Below, piece after piece: positions 33,499 to 44,856 of a stretch of 64,000 bases of DNA. The notes below the pieces were generated by a model. The model had not been told where the DNA came from, searched no databases, and saw nothing but the letters and a program-made list of their open reading frames with translations. Each line of letters starts with the position of its first letter. The stretch's first letter is position 1. The DNA comes from a phage. A program made the position numbers and the translations under genes. The stretch lies in sequence record OZ335961.1, one strand, 5' to 3'.

Positions 33499-33864
33499 TT
33501 AAATATCAAATTCGTTAAGAACTACATCAAAGATTGCTTCAAGATGCTCAGGTTTAGCTCTGTTACTCAGAATATGACGAATCCAAGTTTTAACCAGAAG
33601 TTTACGATTAACACCATTCCAGCAAGGATGAGTCCCTAAATCGCGTTGGCGAAAATCATCATCCAGAGCGATTTTAAAAGAAGAACCTTCTTTCGTGATT
33701 GAAACCGTGATGCCATTTTCAAATCGCATATAAACGTAGTTAGGAGTCATATACTGTTCAATTTCGCATACTGATCCATTTTGATGTTTCCAAAGGCAGA
33801 TAGTATCAATAGAACCTGCAATACCGTTAGAAACATATTTACGTTCAAAGTTGATGTAGTTCAT
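33499..33864 (-). CDS. hypothetical protein (30.x cluster)
   Basis: 121-aa ORF followed by hairpin terminator. Confidence 0.55.
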   Translation of the reverse strand: MNYINFERKYVSNGIAGSIDTICLWKHQNGSVCEIEQYMTPNYVYMRFENGITVSITKEGSSFKIALDDDFRQRDLGTHPCWNGVNRKLLVKTWIRHILSNRAKPEHLEAIFDVVLNEFDI

Positions 33865-33932
33865 TTTTATTCTCCGAGATGTTTAATTGCGGTACAGGTA
33901 TATAATATCATATCCTGTACCAAAGTAAACAA

Positions 33933-34265
33933 TTATTTTACTACTTTCCAATGTTGCATGTCAAGTTTACCAACTTTTTTCATCTTCTCAATTAAGCGTT
34001 CGGCACGTTGGCGAGCTGTAACATAATACCATTCACCTAATTCATTTTGTTCAATTTTTCCAACGATTACTGTATTCAATTCATAAATCCAACCAGTAAA
34101 GAAATTATGAACTTGAATTGTAAAGGTGAAATCTGTTCCCATACCTTCTGTTGTTTCTACTTCAATAACATCACCTTCAACTGCCATTAAAAACCACATA
34201 GTTTCATCATATTTACCATTGAAGCATTTAGTTTTAACTGTAGCGTTCAGATTAATCGTTTTCAT
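33933..34265 (-). CDS. hypothetical protein (30.x cluster)
   Basis: 110-aa ORF. Confidence 0.55.
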   Translation of the reverse strand: MKTINLNATVKTKCFNGKYDETMWFLMAVEGDVIEVETTEGMGTDFTFTIQVHNFFTGWIYELNTVIVGKIEQNELGEWYYVTARQRAERLIEKMKKVGKLDMQHWKVVK

Positions 34266-34352
34266 TTTATTCTCCTTTGTTTGTGTAAGATAATACTATC
34301 ACAAAGGAACCATACTGTAAACAACTTTGTGCAATCTTTGAAAAATAAAAAA

Positions 34353-34371
34353 GGACTCCCGAAGGAGTCCT
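34353..34371 (-). terminator. intrinsic terminator after the 58-aa basic-protein gene
   Basis: GGACTCC-TTCG-GGAGTCC (minus strand) followed by TTTTTTATTTTT. Confidence 0.65.
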
Positions 34372-34375
34372 CAAC

Positions 34376-34552
34376 TTATGCTTTCTGCTTACCAAAACGA
34401 GAAGCATCATCTCGAAGAACCGCACGTGCTCGGCGCATGATCTTCTCAACAGTTTGATTGATACGAGAGTTCGACCCACGCTTGTAACCAGCGCGTTTAG
34501 AATCACCAACTTTCTTTTCAACTGCTTTCTTTGCTTTAGCTTGTTTTGCCAT
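34376..34552 (-). CDS. small lysine/arginine-rich protein
   Basis: 58-aa frame (MAKQAKAKKAVEKK...) with AAGAGA RBS and strong hairpin terminator (34353-34371); preferred over the overlapping 84-aa frame. Confidence 0.45.
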   Translation of the reverse strand: MAKQAKAKKAVEKKVGDSKRAGYKRGSNSRINQTVEKIMRRARAVLRDDASRFGKQKA

Positions 34553-34949
34553 TATAAATTCTCTTTTAAATGAAAATGCAGGACTTATTGGCATTGCCTG
34601 CGAAAGCCCTCAAGGGGTACTTAGGTTTTGAATATTTACCGACAGGATAACCATAAACCTCGTCAACATACCTTATAGCTCTTATCTGTTGCACACCGTT
34701 AGCTTAAAGGTTCCGGGTTCGATTTCTCGAGGATAAGATATATACTGATGGATATATAGGCCTTGAGGCGTACTCCCGATTGGCCATCACCTCGGGGTAG
34801 CATGCACTTGCCGCTATAAGAATAACATTCAAGAGGTACACCGTAAAACTGCCGGGGTCTTAAAACTATAATGATTCGCAAATCATTAGTCAGACAGTTC
34901 GACGGCTCCTCGATTTTAGCTCACACTAAGGCAGTGAATCTCCAATAAA

Positions 34950-35198
34950 TTACTTCAGTGTTACCACAAAGTGACGAACTGCTTTTCGTGCGGCAGAAGC
35001 CAGAGGCTTAGCATATTTAAGTTCATCTTTTTCCTGAAGCTCAGCAGCTAATGCAGTTTGAGCAGGATTCAGATGTTTGAAATAACGCAGGATTTCAAGA
35101 GCTTCGGCTTCAACATCAATAGATGCGCCATAGTTTTCGTGACCATTATTCCATGCGTTTCGTTGCAGTTCAAGAGCGTGTTGTAATTGTTTAATCAT
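34950..35198 (-). CDS. rIII: rIII lysis-inhibition accessory protein
   Basis: 82-aa ORF; minus-strand TATAAATA late promoter upstream at about 35337-35344. Confidence 0.85.
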   Translation of the reverse strand: MIKQLQHALELQRNAWNNGHENYGASIDVEAEALEILRYFKHLNPAQTALAAELQEKDELKYAKPLASAARKAVRHFVVTLK

Positions 35199-35345
35199 TT
35201 AAAAATTCTCGTTAGAGATTAAAACTCGGTAGTCACGTTCTTCTGAATTTCATCTTCTTTCGACAGATCTCTCAGTTGTAGACTACCACATAGAATTGTT
35301 CGGTTAACTTATTATTCCGACACCCAATTCATATTATTATTTATA

Positions 35346-35681
35346 TCACTTATAAAGACACGGAATAGCTTTATAGTGACAGGTAACGAATTTTTGCTTA
35401 ATTTCTTTTGGCTGCTTAAGACCCAGAGCTACAAAAGGATGAGGAACGTTTCGAATTTGACCAACTGGAAGAGAAGTCAAATCACCAACTTCGCAGAAAC
35501 CTTCAGGAACATCAGGACCAACAGAGTGAACTACACACAGTTCAGGAACTTCACCTTGGACGCGTTTACCGATAATAAGTCCTGATTCTGTAACTTCTTC
35601 ATCACCGGCTTGTGCAGGTTCAGAAACTAAAATAACATATTCACCGACAGCACGAATTGGTAGCTGTTGTACTTCAGACAT
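35346..35681 (-). CDS. 31: gp31 co-chaperonin (GroES analogue) for capsid folding
   Basis: 111-aa [22 protein letters not shown]...; T4 length and position. Confidence 0.9.
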
Positions 35682-35737
35682 CGTTTTTCCTTTTTGTTAA
35701 CAGATGAATTAATAATAACAAATAATTCTTAAAGCAT

Positions 35738-36046
35738 TTATTTACCAATAAATTGGAGCAAATGCTCAACTTTCATACCATTAACGGAAATCAATTTATC
35801 AATAGAAAAACCTCGCCATGCACCAAGCTCAACATCAAATACTGGAACCATATCAGTAGATTCTTTCCGAGTAGATTCAGTCAATTTACCGGTTTGCATG
35901 GTTGGCATAAAGTCAGCATCACGAGTACCTTTCATAGTACGAATAGTACCATCAGACTTTTCAAAAACTACGTTTGAAATACCCATGGACAATTTAGTTT
36001 TTAAAATTTCACGAATTGCTACTTTCTGTTCAATTGTCAGTTTCAT
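35738..36046 (-). CDS. hypothetical protein (positional equivalent of T4 31.1)
   Basis: 102-aa ORF. Confidence 0.55.
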   Translation of the reverse strand: MKLTIEQKVAIREILKTKLSMGISNVVFEKSDGTIRTMKGTRDADFMPTMQTGKLTESTRKESTDMVPVFDVELGAWRGFSIDKLISVNGMKVEHLLQFIGK

Positions 36047-36283
36047 TTATTTACCTATTACAGTTTTAATATGAGTTGTTCCACGTTCTTTAAGAGTGGA
36101 AAGCAACTTTTGGCATTTTTCTAAATCAGATTTCCAACTATACGGTCTATCAATACAAACCCATTCTGACTTATAATACTGCTTCCATTTAGAGAAAAAA
36201 TATTTCTTATACTCTACAGCAAATGAAATGTTCTCGTTAGAATAAGAACTAATTGCTGTGAGCTGTACCAAACGAAATTTCAT
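36047..36283 (-). CDS. hypothetical protein (positional equivalent of T4 31.2)
   Basis: 78-aa ORF abutting cd. Confidence 0.5.
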   Translation of the reverse strand: MKFRLVQLTAISSYSNENISFAVEYKKYFFSKWKQYYKSEWVCIDRPYSWKSDLEKCQKLLSTLKERGTTHIKTVIGK

Positions 36284-36864
36284 TATTCACCACAGAATTC
36301 GTTGATATTTTCCCAGTTTAACTTATTTAAGTTTTTCTTAGGAACATTAAACACTTCAATACCTGCATTTCGCAGAATATCATCCCAGCCAGGTTTATTT
36401 TTATCATATGTTTCGCAATAAACCAGCTTTTTAATTCCAGATTGAGCTATCGCTTTTGCACAATCTGGGCAAGGAGAAAGTGTTACATACATAGTAGCAC
36501 CTTCAATTGAAGAACCATTTCGCGCAGCAAACAAAATCGCATTTAGTTCAGCATGAATTTCATTTTTAGACGACCATTCAGAATGAGCGCTACGGTGTTC
36601 TTTCGCCAAGACAAAACGATCAGTTGAACCAAACGATACACATTCAGGCTTATGACCTTGAATGATAGTATGTTTAGGTTTATTCAGTAACCAACCTTGC
36701 TCAGCAGCATAATCACAGCAGTTCACGCCCCCGGCAGGTGAACCATTATATCCGGTAGAAATAATACGTCCATTCTTTTCAATTACTGCTCCTACCTTCC
36801 AGGAGCAACATTTTGATTCTTGTGATACTAAATACGCAATTTGAAGTACTGTACTCGCTTTCAT
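36283..36864 (-). CDS. cd: dCMP deaminase
   Basis: 193-aa ORF with zinc-binding deaminase motifs HAELNAI and SPCPDCAKAI. Confidence 0.92.
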   Translation of the reverse strand: MKASTVLQIAYLVSQESKCCSWKVGAVIEKNGRIISTGYNGSPAGGVNCCDYAAEQGWLLNKPKHTIIQGHKPECVSFGSTDRFVLAKEHRSAHSEWSSKNEIHAELNAILFAARNGSSIEGATMYVTLSPCPDCAKAIAQSGIKKLVYCETYDKNKPGWDDILRNAGIEVFNVPKKNLNKLNWENINEFCGE

Positions 36865-37199
36865 TTCATAATCACCAAATAAGCAGATTTAGCAGTTTCA
36901 ACACGATAAATTTCGTGACGAAGTTTAGTTATACTTTTAATAACAGAACTAATTATATTCTGCCCGTCTTTAAAGCGGTTTTTCTTATCAATAAAAATTG
37001 CGCCAACCATCTTTTTGTGAAGCTCAACCGGATACTTCGTCACAATAATAGCATCATACACAGAAGGATGAATACTATTCACTAGAGTGTCATTCATTAA
37101 AGTTATTCTAATGAACTGTGCTGTGTCAGAGTCAAGCGCTCTATGATCGCCAGTATCATTTTCAAGACAAGTATCAATTATATCAGTTAAATTCATCAT
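36861..37199 (-). CDS. hypothetical protein (cd-pseT cluster)
   Basis: 112-aa ORF. Confidence 0.5.
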   Translation of the reverse strand: MMNLTDIIDTCLENDTGDHRALDSDTAQFIRITLMNDTLVNSIHPSVYDAIIVTKYPVELHKKMVGAIFIDKKNRFKDGQNIISSVIKSITKLRHEIYRVETAKSAYLVIMK

Positions 37200-37432
37200 A
37201 GTACGCCATACACCCTTTGTGCTTCAACTAATCCATCAAAATCCAATTTGAGATGTGTTATTTGGTCACCATCACCTGGATTCACAATTACTAATACTGA
37301 ACGAGGAGTTTCGGTAATAACACGAACCGATGTTTCTGGAAATCGTTCAGAAACCTTATTTACCAATTCCTGAGCAAATAGTTTAACTTTTTCTTGGAAT
37401 TCTTTAACAGTAATTGGTTTTTCGCTTAGCAT
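37196..37432 (-). CDS. hypothetical protein (cd-pseT cluster)
   Basis: 78-aa ORF. Confidence 0.5.
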   Translation of the reverse strand: MLSEKPITVKEFQEKVKLFAQELVNKVSERFPETSVRVITETPRSVLVIVNPGDGDQITHLKLDFDGLVEAQRVYGVL

Positions 37433-37953
37433 GTTGATCCCAGCTCCTTACTTTCAACGTTTTTAACTAATTTGACAGAAACTAATTCAGCATCTTGAGT
37501 AATCATTACCGGACCTTCTTCATACTCTTCGAGATACTCTAGAGCTTTCTTTTTAGCTTCTTCCTTCGTATCAGTTTGAGCATAGATATAAAACATACAA
37601 CCAGTAATACCTACTACTTTCCACTTAATTTCTTTATCAGCTTTAATTTCAAATTTACTGACAGAGTCATCTTTTTGAACTTCTTCGAAAAAAGAATATT
37701 CTAACATATAAGCAATTGAAAATAACGGGCTAACTTTATAGGATTCGCCCATTACATCAACAGCTTTATACCAGCAATCATCAATTTCACGTTTAATGCT
37801 AATAACATTTTTCGCAGGATCTATTTTTACTTTAAATGAATTTTCCCCAATAAACTGAGCAATTCGTTTATTAGCCCCACAGGTTTCATTAAAAATATCT
37901 TTATATCCAGCTTTAAAGCGATAAACCTTATCTTCTTCAAACCATTCGCTCAT
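37426..37953 (-). CDS. hypothetical protein (cd-pseT cluster)
   Basis: 175-aa ORF. Confidence 0.55.
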   Translation of the reverse strand: MSEWFEEDKVYRFKAGYKDIFNETCGANKRIAQFIGENSFKVKIDPAKNVISIKREIDDCWYKAVDVMGESYKVSPLFSIAYMLEYSFFEEVQKDDSVSKFEIKADKEIKWKVVGITGCMFYIYAQTDTKEEAKKKALEYLEEYEEGPVMITQDAELVSVKLVKNVESKELGSTC

Positions 37954-38015
37954 TTCAATTTCCTCATTTGTTTTGGTAGAGCTATAATATCACAACTCTA
38001 CCGTAAAGTAAACTG

Positions 38016-38291
38016 TTAAATTGCCTTGAATTCTGATGTCTGTGATTCAAAGCGAATATCGCCTGTGATGACTAGCTCAGCGTCAAGACCAAATACGACA
38101 ATGATATGCGCGGAACCTGGATACAGCGTAATGGCAATAGAATCCACCTGGTCTGGAAGCAAAGTGTTCAATACATGAGTCACTTGAGCATGAATTCTAA
38201 GCTCAGCTGCGTTATCAAGCTTTTCAAACATATTATTAGCAATAATTTGACTAAACACTACTTCTACGATTTTAGAATAAGTCGGAAACAT
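38016..38291 (-). CDS. hypothetical protein (cd-pseT cluster)
   Basis: 91-aa ORF. Confidence 0.5.
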   Translation of the reverse strand: MFPTYSKIVEVVFSQIIANNMFEKLDNAAELRIHAQVTHVLNTLLPDQVDSIAITLYPGSAHIIVVFGLDAELVITGDIRFESQTSEFKAI

Positions 38292-38293
38292 AT

Positions 38294-38494
38294 TTACCTC
38301 ACATAATTTTCTTCAAGCCAATCAATAACATCCAACGCATTATCAAAAGTTGAACCATCTACTCTGTCTTCTGTTTCATAATCAAGAACATCTAAGCCTA
38401 CTCTTCCATCAACAATAGGCCATAAACAAAATAGATATTTCTTTTCTTTTTCAATTTTATCACAAAGTTGATAAATCTTTTCTATGTTATTCAT
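38294..38494 (-). CDS. hypothetical protein (cd-pseT cluster)
   Basis: 66-aa ORF. Confidence 0.45.
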   Translation of the reverse strand: MNNIEKIYQLCDKIEKEKKYLFCLWPIVDGRVGLDVLDYETEDRVDGSTFDNALDVIDWLEENYVR

Positions 38495-38683
38495 AAGTTT
38501 TCCATGGTAAAGGCAGTTTAGTTTTCTTTACTGTTAGTTCAACATCAGGATTCTTTTCTCTTAATTTAAGACATTCCTCCCAAGCTCTGATTTCACTAGT
38601 GAATACACAAAATTGCCCATTACTAGTACCAACTAAACCGCTATTTACAATAACAATAGACCAAGTTTCATGATGCCAAGCCA

Positions 38684-38684
<1 letters not shown>
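38487..38684 (-). CDS. hypothetical protein (cd-pseT cluster)
   Basis: 65-aa ORF. Confidence 0.45.
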
Positions 38685-39905
<1,221 letters not shown>

Positions 39906-39909
<4 letters not shown>

Positions 39910-40136
39910 CTATTTTTCTCAACCAATGATTGAATATAATCATGTAGGTCTTTAGATGCTTTACCCCACTTATTTTGGTATTCATTTTTAAGATTAGCAC
40001 GAGATTGAGCTAATAAAACATCATTAGTTGGAGGTAAAGATTCTAACCGCTGAATCTGGCGTCCGTAAATCATTGCAGCCATCTCGGATTCATAAATCAA
40101 TCCTTTGAGATGTTCAAATTGATGCCATGAAATCAT
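39906..40136 (-). CDS. hypothetical protein (pseT-alc cluster)
   Basis: 76-aa ORF. Confidence 0.45.
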
Positions 40137-40432
40137 TTACATTTATCCTCTTTTAGCTCTTGACGATAATAACATATCATAGTTTTCTGATCATGCACAT
40201 ATCGTTTTACATCATTAAGCCAAATACGAAATTCCTGGGAATCTTCAAATGGCATACCGACCCAAGCTTTACCATCGATAACTTTAACTTGCCAAGATAG
40301 TTTAGCTTCATCATATGACTTTATCTGCACAGGCCAATTAGGATGAACTGTTTCTTTCTTTACTTCTAGAGGCTTTGTCGAACAACCAACTAGAAGACCA
40401 ATAGATAATATTACTGCTGATAGTTTAATCAT
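40133..40432 (-). CDS. pseT.2: outer-membrane spanin (lipoprotein)
   Basis: 99-aa ORF with signal peptide and lipobox LVGC (MIKLSAVILSIGLLVGC); directly downstream of a TM plus coiled-coil partner. Confidence 0.65.
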   Translation of the reverse strand: MIKLSAVILSIGLLVGCSTKPLEVKKETVHPNWPVQIKSYDEAKLSWQVKVIDGKAWVGMPFEDSQEFRIWLNDVKRYVHDQKTMICYYRQELKEDKCK

Positions 40433-40782
40433 TTAGAAAGGTCCTGGATGTCTTCTGCGAACTTGTTGAAGGAGTTGTTGATTTGTTTTTCAACCAATCC
40501 TGGCTTATGAGCCACCACATCCGCCTTCTTTGCGTCTTTGCGCAGTTTTTCATTTTCACGCTCAATAGCAGCAATTGCCTCACGATTTTTATTATTCATC
40601 GCATCAATATAATTATACTGAATTCGCAAATTATTTAATGCTAAAGCGTTTTCATTGGCCGTTTTTGTAATTTCAGTAACCGATGTTTCTAATCTTTCTA
40701 CCTTATTTTTTAAAATAATAGATGTTCCGCCAAATGCTATTACAAGTAATAGCAATCCAGCTGTAAAATTACTTACATGCAT
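40429..40782 (-). CDS. pseT.3: inner-membrane spanin
   Basis: 117-aa ORF with N-terminal transmembrane helix (GLLLLVIAFGGTSIIL) and charged coiled-coil periplasmic domain. Confidence 0.65.
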   Translation of the reverse strand: MHVSNFTAGLLLLVIAFGGTSIILKNKVERLETSVTEITKTANENALALNNLRIQYNYIDAMNNKNREAIAAIERENEKLRKDAKKADVVAHKPGLVEKQINNSFNKFAEDIQDLSK

Positions 40783-41279
40783 AAAGTTTTAATAACCTCT
40801 ACAATATCGTCTTGAGAAAGACCGTTAATTAAAATATGATGTTCAGCCGGAGATTTAGAAATTTTAAAGCATGCCTCAACATCTTCTGCCATATCCGATG
40901 CGCTACGATTTGGATTACTAATTCCAAGACGATGTTTTCCCGTCAAAGGATTAACGATGATGTAGCATTTACAATTATTGATATGAACATTAGGTTGAGT
41001 CTGATTAATGAACACATCACAATCATATTTCGCAAGCTGATTTTCTAAAAAGACTTTCATCTCCTCAACTGCATCAGGAAGCATATCACGGGCTTGCTCA
41101 AGACGACGATTTCGATATTCTTTAATGGTCGTTTTCCGCTTGACTTGCTTAGCTAAATCTTTCTTAAGATCGGTGATATATCCAACTCGACGATTTCCTT
41201 TAAATACAGAAATCCCATCTGTAGTATCACCGTATGCTTCAACGACCATCTCAGTAGTAATAAGCTGCAAATCCATCAT
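40773..41279 (-). CDS. alc: Alc, host transcription terminator
   Basis: 168-aa ORF (MMDLQLITTE...); early promoter and conserved leader upstream. Confidence 0.8.
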   Translation of the reverse strand: MMDLQLITTEMVVEAYGDTTDGISVFKGNRRVGYITDLKKDLAKQVKRKTTIKEYRNRRLEQARDMLPDAVEEMKVFLENQLAKYDCDVFINQTQPNVHINNCKCYIIVNPLTGKHRLGISNPNRSASDMAEDVEACFKISKSPAEHHILINGLSQDDIVEVIKTLCM

Positions 41280-41305
41280 AAAGTCCTCATGTTATGTCAG
41301 TAAGA

Positions 41306-41337
41306 CTACTATAACACAACACGAGGGACTTGTAAAC
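41306..41337 (-). promoter_or_regulatory. early-type promoter upstream of alc
   Basis: Minus strand reads GTTTACAagtccctcgtgttgtgTTATAGT with a leader near-identical to the 25335-25366 block. Confidence 0.5.
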
Positions 41338-41340
41338 AGC

Positions 41341-42928
<1,588 letters not shown>

Positions 42929-42936
42929 AATAAAAT

Positions 42937-42950
42937 GGGCCTTGCGGCCC
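42937..42950 (-). promoter_or_regulatory. stable hairpin between the AAGGAG RBS and the denA ATG
   Basis: Minus strand reads AAGGAG-t-GGGCCGCAAGGCCC-attttatt-ATG. Confidence 0.45.
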
Positions 42951-42955
42951 ACTCC

Positions 42956-44125
42956 TTAAAAATATTTTTTAAAACTCATCATAACTTTATCATCAACATC
43001 ATTATCAATCTGTGCTACAAGGTAAGATGACAGTTCTACTTCCTGTGGCGCGGATTGAACATTATCAGAATTAAGGTATTCACGAATCCAAGGATACGGA
43101 TGTTTAACCGGAGCATCGGTAATTGGGCATGGAAGACCACACTGTTTCATACGAGATACAGTTAAGTAATCAATAAAGCTCCACATGCTATTTGTATTTA
43201 ATCCAGGAACATCGCCATCTTTAAATAAATGAACTGCCCAGTCTTTTTCTTGACGGTTAACTTCCATGAAAATATCAACTGCTTCTTGTTCACACTCTTG
43301 GGCGATTTTAACCCATTCATCACCATCAGTGCCAAGTTGAAGTTGACGAATAATATATTGGGTGCCTTTAAGGTGAAGCTGCTCATCACGTGCAATGAAC
43401 TTCATAATCTTGGCATTACCTTCCATGATTTCCATGTTCTTATGGAAGTTAAAGGTACATGCGAAAGATACATAAAAACGAATAGCTTCCAGTGCATTGA
43501 TTACATGAAGGCAAAGATAAAGAGATTTCATTAGTGCTTGTTTAGTACATTCAACAACTTTGCCTAACTCTTCTTTGCGAAATCCTTCTGATAAAATTCC
43601 TTCATAATCTTCAACCGCATTCTGATATTCACGAGTCTTAACTAGAACGTCATCATAATAACGACCAATAGATTCAGCACGTTTCATGATAGCTTTATCT
43701 AATACAATCTCATCAAATACCTTTGACGGATCAGTATAAAGATTTCGCATGATATGAGTATATGAACGGCTGTGAATAGTTTCACTAAAAGTCCATGTAG
43801 CAACCCATGTATCAAGACTTGGATCTGAAATTAACGACATAAGTACAGCAGACGGTGCACGACCCTGAATGCTATCTAGAAGTGATTGATACTTCAGGTT
43901 ATTAGTAAAAATATCTTGCTGATATTGAGGAAGCTTGTTAAATTGCGCAGCATCCATCATCAAGTTTACTTCTTCAGGACGCCAGAAAAATGATAATTGC
44001 TTTTCGGTTAAATCTTCAAAAACTTTATGGCGTTGAATATCATAACGCGCAATACCAAGACCTGAACCGAAGAACATAGGTTCTTTTAAAACATCAACTG
44101 GATTTGTATTAAAAACTGTAGACAT
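42956..44125 (-). CDS. nrdB: aerobic ribonucleotide reductase small subunit, uninterrupted
   Basis: Start at MSTVFNTNP (about 389 aa); continuous reading frame, no intron; TAATG overlap with upstream HNH gene. Confidence 0.92.
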   Translation of the reverse strand: MSTVFNTNPVDVLKEPMFFGSGLGIARYDIQRHKVFEDLTEKQLSFFWRPEEVNLMMDAAQFNKLPQYQQDIFTNNLKYQSLLDSIQGRAPSAVLMSLISDPSLDTWVATWTFSETIHSRSYTHIMRNLYTDPSKVFDEIVLDKAIMKRAESIGRYYDDVLVKTREYQNAVEDYEGILSEGFRKEELGKVVECTKQALMKSLYLCLHVINALEAIRFYVSFACTFNFHKNMEIMEGNAKIMKFIARDEQLHLKGTQYIIRQLQLGTDGDEWVKIAQECEQEAVDIFMEVNRQEKDWAVHLFKDGDVPGLNTNSMWSFIDYLTVSRMKQCGLPCPITDAPVKHPYPWIREYLNSDNVQSAPQEVELSSYLVAQIDNDVDDKVMMSFKKYF

Positions 44126-44856
44126 TAATTTTTCCTCTTTAAAATTCTGCCGTGTTTCCAACCTGGCGGTATAATATCATCTTTACCTATAAGCGTGCAT
44201 TCACTTCCATTATTAATCCATTTCTTACCGCGGATTCCTTTATAATCTCTTGGTTTTATTTTGTCAAACTTTGCATCAAGTTGATATGACCATCTAAATC
44301 CATAAGCATATTGAAATTTACCCTCGGCGCAATATTTGATATTTGACCCGTTTCCATTAACTGACCGGGACGCTGCTGCAATAGAGTGAAAAGTTTCTAT
44401 GAAATCCCCATCTAATGAGAATTTATGTATTTCTACAGATGGGCACGCATATCTATTCACGTTAGATACATGTTGTTTAGTTTCGTTTTTATGATGCTTA
44501 CCTAGCATTCCTTTAGGATGAGGATTATTTTTCCAATATTTCTTAAAGAACTCAGAATTAGCTTTAGCAAATAATTTTCTGTGTAAGCTGTACAATCTAT
44601 TATTAATTCTATTGCCAGCTTTATCTGTTGCCATTAGCGTTAATGCAGAGGCAAGTCCAAAATGGCCTTCATTTATCTTACACAGTAATAGATGTGCTAT
44701 AAAATGTTCTCTAGCTGTTAATTCAACTAAATTTTCTTTATCATCAGAACCTCCCATGCATCTAGGGATTATATGATGTGTCTCTTTATATTCTGATAAA
44801 GATTCCCGAGCCTGAGCTCGGGAAATTAGGTCGTTATAGATTTTTTGATAATTCAT
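44125..44856 (-). CDS. mobE: freestanding HNH homing endonuclease (MobE-like)
   Basis: 243-aa ORF with N-terminal HNH motif (HHIIPRCMGGSDDKENLVELTAREHFIAH) and C-terminal basic DNA-binding repeats; between nrdA and nrdB. Confidence 0.75.
   Translation of the reverse strand: MNYQKIYNDLISRAQARESLSEYKETHHIIPRCMGGSDDKENLVELTAREHFIAHLLLCKINEGHFGLASALTLMATDKAGNRINNRLYSLHRKLFAKANSEFFKKYWKNNPHPKGMLGKHHKNETKQHVSNVNRYACPSVEIHKFSLDGDFIETFHSIAAASRSVNGNGSNIKYCAEGKFQYAYGFRWSYQLDAKFDKIKPRDYKGIRGKKWINNGSECTLIGKDDIIPPGWKHGRILKRKN

Noticed and set aside
33459-33509. 17-codon N-terminal extension of the 112-aa track ORF
   Set aside because: A terminator hairpin for the upstream gene lies inside the extension and a GAGGAA RBS precedes the internal ATG at 33458.
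34267-34521. 84-aa minus-strand ORF overlapping the 58-aa basic-protein frame
   Set aside because: The alternative frame has a plausible RBS and a strong terminator directly after its stop; the 84-aa frame runs through the terminator hairpin.
34700-34740. Possible tRNA gene suggested by the T-loop-like GGTTCGATT flanked by TCTTATC/GATAAGA
   Set aside because: The enclosed segment is only about 45 nt, the position-61 C is absent, and I could not build D, anticodon and T arms on either strand. Kept as part of the structured non-coding finding, not called as a tRNA.
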